From Acidobacteriota bacterium (GTDB taxonomy: Bacteria > Acidobacteriota > Vicinamibacteria > Vicinamibacterales > 2-12-FULL-66-21), in the NCBI GenBank assembly GCA_013697225.1, contig JACCXG010000266.1, forward strand, positions 1 through 29,431: 29,431 bases of DNA, read 5' to 3'. Below the pieces are notes generated by a model. That model made no database searches. It saw only the letters and a program-made list of their open reading frames with translations, and had not been told where the DNA came from. Of the stretch, positions 19,069-26,467 are shown piece after piece. The position numbers were made by a program, and so were the translations under genes. Every line of letters begins with the position of its first letter. Position 1 is the first letter of the stretch.

Positions 19069-20225
19069 GTTCGTGCGGTCTTCCGAGCCAGCGCCCGGTC
19101 CAGGGCCGCCTCCAGGATCCGGCAGTGCGCAGACCAGCTGTACTCCGCGACAGCGCGCTCGCGCGCGGCCTTCCCCATCCGCGCCCTCTTCTCCGGATCG
19201 CTGAGCGCGACAAGCGCCTCTGCCAGAGGAACGTGTCCGGCCGGGGAGTAGAGCAGCCCTTCGCGATCGTGCCGCACGAGGGATGGAATGCGGTCCACCG
19301 CTGGCGCGACAACGGGCAGGCCCGCAGCCATGTACTCGAACATCTTCAAGGGGGACCAGAAGAACCCGAGCGACAGCGGCGCATGCGCGGCAACGTCGAA
19401 CGGAGCGGCGCCGATGTCAGCCACACCCAGGTGCGCCGGCATCTCATCGTGCGGAACCGGTCCGGTAAAGACGATCCCTTCCGCGTGAGCGGCCTCGGCG
19501 CGCGCGCGCGGCAGCTCGGGCCCGTCGCCGATCAGCACGGCCGAGATATCACGATGTCCCCGCTCCCGCAGAAGCTTCACCGCGCGTACCAGATGGACGG
19601 CGCCGTGCCAGGCCCTGAACGCACCGGCAAACACCGCCAGCACCCCGGCCGGGCGTTCGAAGCGCAGCCGTCCCGTCGCCCCGGGGTGGAACCGGTCCGT
19701 GTCCGCGCCCCATTCCGCCTCGACGACCTTGTCCCGGGGCGTCCCCGGGGGCAGGATGGCCCCACTGGGAGTCACGATCACATCCGCGTGTGCGCACAGG
19801 CGCTCCCGCCAGCGGCGCATCGGCCTCACGAGCAGCGCCCCGTCCAGGGCAGCCTTCCGTGATCCCGGGTGATCGACCACCGGAGCGTTCACCTCCAGCA
19901 TACCGACGGCGCCCACGGCACGCGCCGCCAAGATCCCTTCACCGCCGAAGTTGTAGTAGCGCTCGATGACCACGTCGGGACGGAGTGCGTGTGCAAGGCG
20001 GGTCACCGCCCCTGTACGCATCCAGCGGAGCTCTTTCACCCCCAGCGGCGGGCGCATGGGAATCCATGTCACGTCACCCCCCGGGAACGGCCGGTCACCC
20101 GGCCCCGTCAGCACTGTCACCTCGTGACCGAGCGCCGCCAGCCCGCGCGCCACCGCCTCGACATGGACGGAGCCCCCTTTCGTTCCAGGCACCGTCTGAT
20201 CGATTGCGCAGTACAGAAGCCTCAT
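19065..20225 (-). CDS. Glycosyltransferase family 4, 386 aa
   Basis: MRLLYCAID...GGSVHV, FAGAFRAWHG, SPLKMFEYMAAG. The ORF-track N-terminal extension (WHSWQFWHSWHF) is translated repeat DNA, so the start is set at 20225. Confidence 0.88.
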   Translation of the reverse strand: MRLLYCAIDQTVPGTKGGSVHVEAVARGLAALGHEVTVLTGPGDRPFPGGDVTWIPMRPPLGVKELRWMRTGAVTRLAHALRPDVVIERYYNFGGEGILAARAVGAVGMLEVNAPVVDHPGSRKAALDGALLVRPMRRWRERLCAHADVIVTPSGAILPPGTPRDKVVEAEWGADTDRFHPGATGRLRFERPAGVLAVFAGAFRAWHGAVHLVRAVKLLRERGHRDISAVLIGDGPELPRARAEAAHAEGIVFTGPVPHDEMPAHLGVADIGAAPFDVAAHAPLSLGFFWSPLKMFEYMAAGLPVVAPAVDRIPSLVRHDREGLLYSPAGHVPLAEALVALSDPEKRARMGKAARERAVAEYSWSAHCRILEAALDRALARKTART

Positions 20226-20226
20226 C

Positions 20227-20355
20227 AAGAAATGCCAAGAATGCCAAAATTGCCAAGAGTGCCAAGAATTCTCGGAGATTGCGAAAAGTGCCAAAACTTA
20301 GGAGTCGTCGCTCGGTCGGCCATTTTTGGCATTCATGGCACTTTTGGCATTTCTT
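20227..20355. repeat. 129-bp element of two opposed 9-bp arrays with 12-bp perfect terminal inverted repeats (copy B), REP/MITE-like
   Basis: Left end AAGAAATGCCAA (20227-20238) followed by TGCCAAAAT, TGCCAAGAG, TGCCAAGAA, then TGCGAAAAG, TGCCAAAAC. Right end TTGGCATTTCTT (20344-20355) with reverse units TGCCAAAAG, TGCCATGAA, TGCCAAAAA. Confidence 0.8.
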
Positions 20356-21415
20356 CCCATTTCTTCTCGAGCAGGGCGAAGAACGGCCCTGAGCGCACGC
20401 GGCCGAACAGCAGCAGGTCGAGCTTCATTGCGTACGACAGGGCCAGCAGCGTCAGGTAGGTTCCCCGGCTGGACGCGATTCTCGACTTGGCCGCCCTCCG
20501 GGCGTCGCGCACGGCCGTGAGCTCGGCCTCCTCCTCCGATTTGCCTGCGGCTCGCAGCCGCCCCGAGGCGCGGCGCGCCATCGCCCGTTCGGCCACTCGC
20601 ATCAGCACGTTTTCGACGAGCCCCCCGAGGATGGGGGTGTAGTAGCGGATGCGGGCGACCCGGAACCCGGCGGCATCGGCGACCGCTTCGAGCTCCGGAA
20701 TGTCGCGGAGCGGATTGATGTGATCCGACTTGCGCAGCCGCTCCTGCCGCAGGTCGATGAGCCCGGCCCGCTCCAGCGCGTGCGCCAGCGCGTTCACCCA
20801 TCTCAGACCGATCGCAATCCTGGCGTTCTTGCGGACGTGCGTATACACGAACAGCCGTCCACCGGGCTTGAGCACACGGCTGGCCTCCGCCAGCATCTCG
20901 CGGAGCGACTCCGGCGACAGGTGTTCCAGCACGTCGAGGGAATAGGCTTTCGTGAACGTACCGTCGGCAAACGGCAGCTTCCGCAAGTCGGCGAGAAGCA
21001 GATCCACCGACCGTCGCGCGTCCGCGGAGAAGAACGGGGCGATGTCCACACCGACGGTGGTGGCGTTCCAGTCGCTGTTCCAGAGGAGCGCCCGGCCGCT
21101 GCCGCATCCAAGGTCGGCCACGATGTCGTCTGCACGCGGACCGAGGAACGCCCGGAGCATGTCGTTGCGGATGCGCGAACCGAGCAGGGGGGGTGACACC
21201 CGCTCGTGACGGGCGTCGGCGTGCAGCGCCTCATCCAGATACCGGGTCTGCTCCGAGAACGGCACCTCGGGACGCAGATCGAGAAACTCACCGGCATGCA
21301 GGTAGCGGCGCCGGCAGTTGTCGCAGGCGAGCGCACGAGCGTCGTCCGCCACCGCCGCCATGGTGCCGTGACACTCGGGGCAGCGAACGAGAGAGCGGAG
21401 GCGCGCGGAAACCAT
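20333..21415 (-). CDS. Class I SAM-dependent methyltransferase with N-terminal Trm112-like zinc ribbon, 360 aa
   Basis: LVRCPECHG...LACDNCRRRY, motif I VADLGCGSG, VGVDIA, LPFADGTF..AYSLDVLEH, RVLKPGG. Start at the TGATG overlap (21415). Confidence 0.85.
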   Translation of the reverse strand: MVSARLRSLVRCPECHGTMAAVADDARALACDNCRRRYLHAGEFLDLRPEVPFSEQTRYLDEALHADARHERVSPPLLGSRIRNDMLRAFLGPRADDIVADLGCGSGRALLWNSDWNATTVGVDIAPFFSADARRSVDLLLADLRKLPFADGTFTKAYSLDVLEHLSPESLREMLAEASRVLKPGGRLFVYTHVRKNARIAIGLRWVNALAHALERAGLIDLRQERLRKSDHINPLRDIPELEAVADAAGFRVARIRYYTPILGGLVENVLMRVAERAMARRASGRLRAAGKSEEEAELTAVRDARRAAKSRIASSRGTYLTLLALSYAMKLDLLLFGRVRSGPFFALLEKKWEEMPKVP

Positions 21416-22599
21416 CAGCGTGTGCGGGCGCGTTCGAGCACGGCGTCCAGACGTTCGGCGCGCCGCTCCCATGTGTAGCCGTCCGCGGCGTCGAACGCCG
21501 CCCGCCCCAGCCGCGCCGCCGTCGAGGGGTCCGCCGCGAGACGCTCGATGCCGCGCGCGAGTGCCGCGGCATCCCCCGGCGCGACGAGGACCGCATTCAC
21601 GTCGTCTGTGAGCACTTCCCTGATTGCCGGAAGGTCCGATGCAACGATGGCTCGTCCCGCGGCCATGTACTCGAACAGCTTGAGCGGCGAGGTGAAGTGG
21701 GTGGAGATGGTCGTTGGCAGATTCGGCAGCACCAGAATGGCCGCCCGCGCCAGCAGGGGGGGCACGGCCGAGGGGGGGACGAGCCCGGTGAACTCCACGC
21801 GGCCGGCAATGCCGAGTCTCTCCGCGCCTGCGCGCACGCGCGCGAGATCCCCCTCGGCATCATGGCCGCCAACGATCAACCCCCGGACAGCCGGCAGCCT
21901 TGCGAGCGCCTCGAGCAGGAGGTCGACCCCTTTCCACGCGTAGAGATGGCCGGCATAGCCGACCACCACCGGCTCACCTTCAACGCGGGGCACATACGTG
22001 CGCCCGGGGGACAGGCGCACACCATCGGGGACGACAGCCAGGTTGTCCCGGTCCCCGAACCTGCCGCGGAGGGCCTCTGCAAGCGACCGGGTGATCGTCA
22101 CGTACCCCGACGCTTCCCGCCACACGAGCGCCTCGCGGGAGGCAAGCCGCTTCAGCTTTGCCCGGCCCGCCGGCTTTGCCGTCGCCACGAGCTGCGGCAG
22201 TTCGGCGGCAACATCCGGGGCGTACCCGTGCGACTCGTAGACGAAGGGCGGACGCGTACCTGCCGGCACCGACGCGAACATGGCCGCGACCCCGAGGTCT
22301 CTCGTGAACAGCAGGTCACCACGTCCCCGCCCCAGCGCGCGGCCGAGCGCGAAGGCCAGATAGCCGAGCCTCCGCGCGAACTGCGGCCCGGCGACCGGCG
22401 CCGTCTCGATCTGGAAACGCCCGCTCCGCGCAATCCCGTAGTACTCGTATGGATCGCGTCTGGGGTCCTGCGTGTCCGGCCGGGCGATCAGCCACACCTC
22501 GTGCCCCCGTGACGCCAGCGCAGCGCAAGTCTCCATCGTCTGGATTCCGTTGGCGCGCTCGAGGGGAAGCCGGATATCAGCGAAATAGGCCAGACGCAT
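21415..22599 (-). CDS. Glycosyltransferase family 4, 394 aa
   Basis: MRLAYFAD...ANGIQT, VVPDGV, GYAGHLYAWKG, SPLKLFEYMAAG. The ORF-track extension MAFLAFLAFLL is repeat-derived. Confidence 0.9.
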   Translation of the reverse strand: MRLAYFADIRLPLERANGIQTMETCAALASRGHEVWLIARPDTQDPRRDPYEYYGIARSGRFQIETAPVAGPQFARRLGYLAFALGRALGRGRGDLLFTRDLGVAAMFASVPAGTRPPFVYESHGYAPDVAAELPQLVATAKPAGRAKLKRLASREALVWREASGYVTITRSLAEALRGRFGDRDNLAVVPDGVRLSPGRTYVPRVEGEPVVVGYAGHLYAWKGVDLLLEALARLPAVRGLIVGGHDAEGDLARVRAGAERLGIAGRVEFTGLVPPSAVPPLLARAAILVLPNLPTTISTHFTSPLKLFEYMAAGRAIVASDLPAIREVLTDDVNAVLVAPGDAAALARGIERLAADPSTAARLGRAAFDAADGYTWERRAERLDAVLERARTR

Positions 22600-22602
22600 C
22601 AG

Positions 22603-22646
22603 AAGAAATGCCAAAAATGCCAAGAATGCCAAAGTGCCAGGAATGC
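22603..22646. repeat. 9-bp tandem array, copy C (single arm)
   Basis: AAGAAA-TGCCAAAAA-TGCCAAGAA-TGCCAAAG-TGCCAGGAA-TGC. Same terminal 12-mer AAGAAATGCCAA as both ends of copy B. Confidence 0.8.
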
Positions 22647-22654
22647 TGCACTCT

Positions 22655-24091
22655 CTACCGCACCCTGTAGAACGAATTGCGATCCGTGAAGTAGCGGTAC
22701 ACGAGTGCGGGCCCCTCCCTGGGAAGGGTCACGAAGACATCGTACGCGTTCTGGCGCAGGTGGAGGCGCTGGCGGTCCATCAGGCCGGCGCCGAAGAGCG
22801 CCATGAGGCCGATGTTCCACCAGAGGGCCAGGACGCCTGCGGCAAGCGCGGCTTTCCGTGCGGCGCCTCCCGGCAGGAAGGAGAGGAGGGCGGCGAGCCC
22901 CACGACGAAGAGGATCGTGGCGCTGACGAAGCGGCGCTGGCCGAAGGCTCCGGCCACGGTCCAGGATTCGACGCTGCCGATGACATAGACCTGCAGCACG
23001 AGCATGAGGAGCATGCACCCCCCGATCTGGCGTACCTGCCCGGCCGGCAGGCCGGCCATTCCGTGGTGGCCGGTGATGACCCGCGGCGAACGGATCCAGA
23101 GCAGCACGAGACCGGCAACCGCAAGCAGGGCAAGCGGGGTCCAGGCGAACAACCCGTGACGCGGCGAGGTGAGGACCTCGATCGCGTGCGGCGCCGTCCA
23201 CGACATCTTCCGTGTCACGAGTTGTGACGGCCCGAAACGGCCGTTCAACGACCAGTACGCCAGCAGCTGCGGTGTGTACGCCACGACGAATGCACCGACC
23301 CCCGCCGCAAGCGCGGCAATGCGGGCGCGCACGGCAATCCCCTCGCGCTTCCTGAGGGACAGCACGTAGTCGACTGCCGGCCCGAGCGCGTACAGGATGT
23401 CCTGCTCGCGCACCATCGTCATCAGCGCCGCCGCCGCCCCCAGCGCCGCCAGGTCCGGAACCGTCCACCGCGTCCGCACGTGCAGCCAGATGCTGACGAA
23501 CAGCGCAACAGCGAACGCGGAGCATGCGTGCGCAAAGGCCGGTGCGATATACATGTAGAACAGAAGCGGGGTGCCGAACCACACGGCAAGTCCCGGCAGG
23601 AGGCCGGTTCCCGTCAGCCGCTTCGCCGCGGAGATCGACAGCACCAGCCCGGCAAACGCATACGTCGCGGATCCGTAAGCGGCAGCCGCCATGTAAGGAC
23701 GGCCGTATCCGTCGGCAGCCACCTCGGAGCCGGTTGCGCGGCGGACACGGATGGCGATATCGGCAACGGCGTAGAACGGGGCCCACATCAACGCCGCGCC
23801 AATCGTCCCGAAGTTCTCGCGAAGGCCTGTGGGGGTCAACGGTTCCAGGAACGTGGCGTGGAATCCACTCGTGGCCGCCACACCGCTGTCGAAGAAGTGG
23901 CGGTATTCGTTCTCGAAGGAGACGTCCCGATCGAACCAGAGCGACCGGAGGTACGCAAAATACTGGATCTCGTCGGAGGCATAGACCCGTGGCGTCACCG
24001 CCGGGAGCGAGATCAGGAACAGCACCGCCAGGGCCAGGTACTCGCGGGGCGTCAGGGTCAGGAAACGGATCGTGACGGGCAAACTCACCAT
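22655..24091 (-). CDS. Polytopic membrane protein, probable GT-C fold glycosyltransferase, 478 aa
   Basis: First TM followed by SDEIQYFAYLRS (DE motif), about 11-13 hydrophobic segments, MVREQD, FGQRRF. Start at the TAATG overlap (24091); the ORF-track extension to 24670 is shadow of the CPBP gene. Confidence 0.7.
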   Translation of the reverse strand: MVSLPVTIRFLTLTPREYLALAVLFLISLPAVTPRVYASDEIQYFAYLRSLWFDRDVSFENEYRHFFDSGVAATSGFHATFLEPLTPTGLRENFGTIGAALMWAPFYAVADIAIRVRRATGSEVAADGYGRPYMAAAAYGSATYAFAGLVLSISAAKRLTGTGLLPGLAVWFGTPLLFYMYIAPAFAHACSAFAVALFVSIWLHVRTRWTVPDLAALGAAAALMTMVREQDILYALGPAVDYVLSLRKREGIAVRARIAALAAGVGAFVVAYTPQLLAYWSLNGRFGPSQLVTRKMSWTAPHAIEVLTSPRHGLFAWTPLALLAVAGLVLLWIRSPRVITGHHGMAGLPAGQVRQIGGCMLLMLVLQVYVIGSVESWTVAGAFGQRRFVSATILFVVGLAALLSFLPGGAARKAALAAGVLALWWNIGLMALFGAGLMDRQRLHLRQNAYDVFVTLPREGPALVYRYFTDRNSFYRVR

Positions 24092-24882
24092 TATCGCAGG
24101 GTGAGGGTCACGTACTTCACCAGCTGCACCAGGTTGAATCCGGCGTGGCTCACGACCGGCGCGATGACGCTCCGGCGTTTCCAGTACACCCAGCCCCACG
24201 CCGCTCCCAGGAGCCCGGTGGCGATGGCGGCGGCATACCCCTGGTCCACGTGCCCGAGGCCGAACACCGCACTGAACAGCACGATGCCGACCGCCGCACC
24301 CCCAAGGTACTGGTCGAATCGCCGGATGATGAACGCGCGCTGCACCTCCTCGCGCACACCCCCGGCCAGCATGACCACCACAGCGAAGATCGCCGCATCG
24401 CGGGGCGTCTGGAGCATCCGCCCAAACGGGTTCACCGGAACGTTGTGCAGCTCCGGCGCGATGGCCAGGATGGTGCCGAGCACGAGCACCACCAGCAGGA
24501 ACGCCCCCGGGATCAGCGCGAGCCCGAGGAGCACCTCGCGTGCGGGCCGTCTCTGGCCCAGCAGGAACTCGCCGACAGGTTCCCGGTGCGTGCGCAGGAA
24601 GAAGAACACCAGACCCAGCACCAGCACCATATCGATGAGCGACATGGCGACAATGAACCCCGGCGACCATTCCCCTGCCGCATCACGGGGCCGCATACCC
24701 ATGCCTGTCAGCCCCGCGACGACGAGAATCTGGGTGGGGAAGCCGGAGCAGAGCACCACTTCCATCAGCGCTCCGATGCGCTCGAAAGGGAGGATGCGGC
24801 GCCGGGGCGCGGCCGGTGGAAGCTCTGGCGGAGGGGCGCCGGCCTGGGCGACCGACGTGAGCTCCTGTGCCGGGTCGAGCAC
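24091..24882 (-). CDS. CPBP (CAAX protease/Abi, Rce1-like) intramembrane glutamic endopeptidase, 263 aa
   Basis: Conserved motifs GVREEVQRAF (EExxR), FGLGH (FxxxH), SHAGFN (HxxxN); multiple TMs. Confidence 0.88.
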   Translation of the reverse strand: MLDPAQELTSVAQAGAPPPELPPAAPRRRILPFERIGALMEVVLCSGFPTQILVVAGLTGMGMRPRDAAGEWSPGFIVAMSLIDMVLVLGLVFFFLRTHREPVGEFLLGQRRPAREVLLGLALIPGAFLLVVLVLGTILAIAPELHNVPVNPFGRMLQTPRDAAIFAVVVMLAGGVREEVQRAFIIRRFDQYLGGAAVGIVLFSAVFGLGHVDQGYAAAIATGLLGAAWGWVYWKRRSVIAPVVSHAGFNLVQLVKYVTLTLR

Positions 24883-24888
24883 AGGAGC

Positions 24889-24897
24889 ACTGTATCA
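24889..24897 (-). promoter_or_regulatory. Putative extended -10 promoter (TGaTACAGT) giving a leaderless CPBP transcript
   Basis: TG-n-TAnnnT lies exactly 6 nt before the GTG at 24882. No SD; an in-frame stop just upstream excludes earlier starts. Confidence 0.5.
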
Positions 24898-24997
24898 TTC
24901 GGCACGGTCCCCTGCCCTTCACGCGTCTTCCAGCGCGAATGAAAGTCAGTCATCCGGCAGCCGAACGGCTTATATCGTGTAATCCTTACCTGCGCAG

Positions 24998-25006
24998 TGT
25001 TAATCT
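24998..25006 (+). promoter_or_regulatory. Putative extended -10 promoter (TGtTAATCT) giving a leaderless response-regulator transcript
   Basis: TG-n-TAATCT lies exactly 6 nt before the GTG at 25013. No SD. Confidence 0.5.
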
Positions 25007-25012
25007 TGCCGG

Positions 25013-26458
25013 GTGAATGTAAGTCATGAGGACGCCACTGAAGAGCGAGGGACCGCCGGCCAGCCTGCAGGCGAACGGGTCCTGATTGTCGAAGACGATC
25101 ACGCGACCCGGGAGGGGCTGGCGGAACTCGTCCAGACCTGGGGATTTCAGACAGAGGAAGCAGCCGACGGCGACGAAGGGCTGCGCAAGGTCACCAGCTT
25201 CCGTCCCGCGATCATCGTCAGCGATCTCATCATGCCGCGTTCCGGCGGCATGGAGCTGCTGCGGGCACTGAAAGATCAGCTGTCGGACATCACCCTCATC
25301 CTCCTGACGGCCCAGGGCACCGTCGAGACCGCGGTCGAGGCGATCAAGGAAGGGGCCTACGATTACCTGAACAAACCGGTCGATCCGCAGCGGCTCCGCA
25401 TCCTGCTCCGGAAGGCGGTCGAGCGTCAGGAGACACTGCGGGAAGTGCGGCACCTGCGCCGCCAGCTGCGTGAAGCGGGCACGTTCGGCCGCATCGTCGG
25501 CAACAGTCCCAGCATTCGCAGCATCTACCGCGTCATCGAGCAGGCGGCGCCCACGCTGGCCTCGGTCCTGATTTCGGGCGAGTCCGGTACCGGCAAGGAG
25601 CTGATCGCCCAGACGGTTCACGAGCTCAGTCCCCGCTCGTCGTTTCCGTTTGTCGCGATCAACTGTGCGGCCATTCCGGAAACGCTGCTCGAGAGCGAGA
25701 TTTTCGGCCACGAGAAGGGGGCGTTCACCGGCGCGCACGATCGGCGCACCGGCGTATTCGAGCTCGCCCACCGCGGAACGATTTTCCTGGACGAGATCGC
25801 CGAGATGGTTCCGGGGACCCAGGTGAAACTGCTGCGCGTGCTCCAGGAGCGCACCTTCCGCCGCCTGGGCGGGCGTCAGGAGCAGACCGTGGACGTGCGC
25901 ATCATTGCCGCGACGAACGTGAATCCGATGGAAGCGGTGCGCACCGGCAAGCTGCGGGAGGATCTGTTCTACCGGCTGAACGTGTTTGCGATCGAGCTGC
26001 CGCCGCTGCGCGATCGCAAGGAAGACATTCCCCTCCTCGCGCATCACTTCCTGACCGAGTTCAACGCCCGGAACGGCAAGGCGGTGCGCGCTGTCGATCA
26101 GGATGCGCAGTATCTGCTCGCGCACTACCCGTTTCCCGGCAACATCCGCGAGCTGCGCAACGTCATGGAGCGCGCGACGATCCTGGCCGATGGGGACTTC
26201 ATCGAACCGAAGCACCTTCCGCCCACGCTGGTCGCCAAGGGGGAGGAAACGCTCCCCACCGTCACGTTTTCACCCGGGACGACGGTGGATGAGGCGGAGC
26301 GGCGGCTGATCGTGCTGACGCTCGATCATACGAGGAACAACAAGACACGCGCGGCCGAGATCCTCGGCATCAGCCTCAAGACCCTGCACAACAAGCTCAA
26401 TCGGATGCGCGAGCAGTTCGGCGAACGCCGGCGGGACGCGGCCGAGAAGCGGGGGTAG
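25013..26458 (+). CDS. Sigma54-dependent NtrC/Fis-family response regulator, 481 aa
   Basis: Receiver (LIVEDD, IVSDLIMP, YLNKP), AAA+ (GESGTGKE, HEKGAFTGA, IFLDEI, FPGNIREL), HTH (NKTRAAEILGISLKTLHNKL). Confidence 0.93.
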   Translation: MNVSHEDATEERGTAGQPAGERVLIVEDDHATREGLAELVQTWGFQTEEAADGDEGLRKVTSFRPAIIVSDLIMPRSGGMELLRALKDQLSDITLILLTAQGTVETAVEAIKEGAYDYLNKPVDPQRLRILLRKAVERQETLREVRHLRRQLREAGTFGRIVGNSPSIRSIYRVIEQAAPTLASVLISGESGTGKELIAQTVHELSPRSSFPFVAINCAAIPETLLESEIFGHEKGAFTGAHDRRTGVFELAHRGTIFLDEIAEMVPGTQVKLLRVLQERTFRRLGGRQEQTVDVRIIAATNVNPMEAVRTGKLREDLFYRLNVFAIELPPLRDRKEDIPLLAHHFLTEFNARNGKAVRAVDQDAQYLLAHYPFPGNIRELRNVMERATILADGDFIEPKHLPPTLVAKGEETLPTVTFSPGTTVDEAERRLIVLTLDHTRNNKTRAAEILGISLKTLHNKLNRMREQFGERRRDAAEKRG

Positions 26459-26467
26459 AGCTCTCGA

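Noticed and set aside
20226-20294. Trp/His- or Cys-rich peptides (WHSWQFWHSWHF, CQECQNCQECQ, MPRMPKLP) as real small proteins or RiPP precursors
   Set aside because: They are the three reading frames of the 9-bp repeat, with no RBS or modification enzymes pointing to them.
1443-22646. 9-bp arrays as sigma54 promoters (TTGGCA resembles the -24 element) or as CRISPR
   Set aside because: The 9-bp period does not place a GC 12 nt after the GG as -24/-12 promoters require. There are no spacers and no cas genes.
24900-24916. CGGCACG...CTGC as a sigma54 promoter
   Set aside because: GG-to-GC spacing is 13 rather than 12, and the -12 element is poor.
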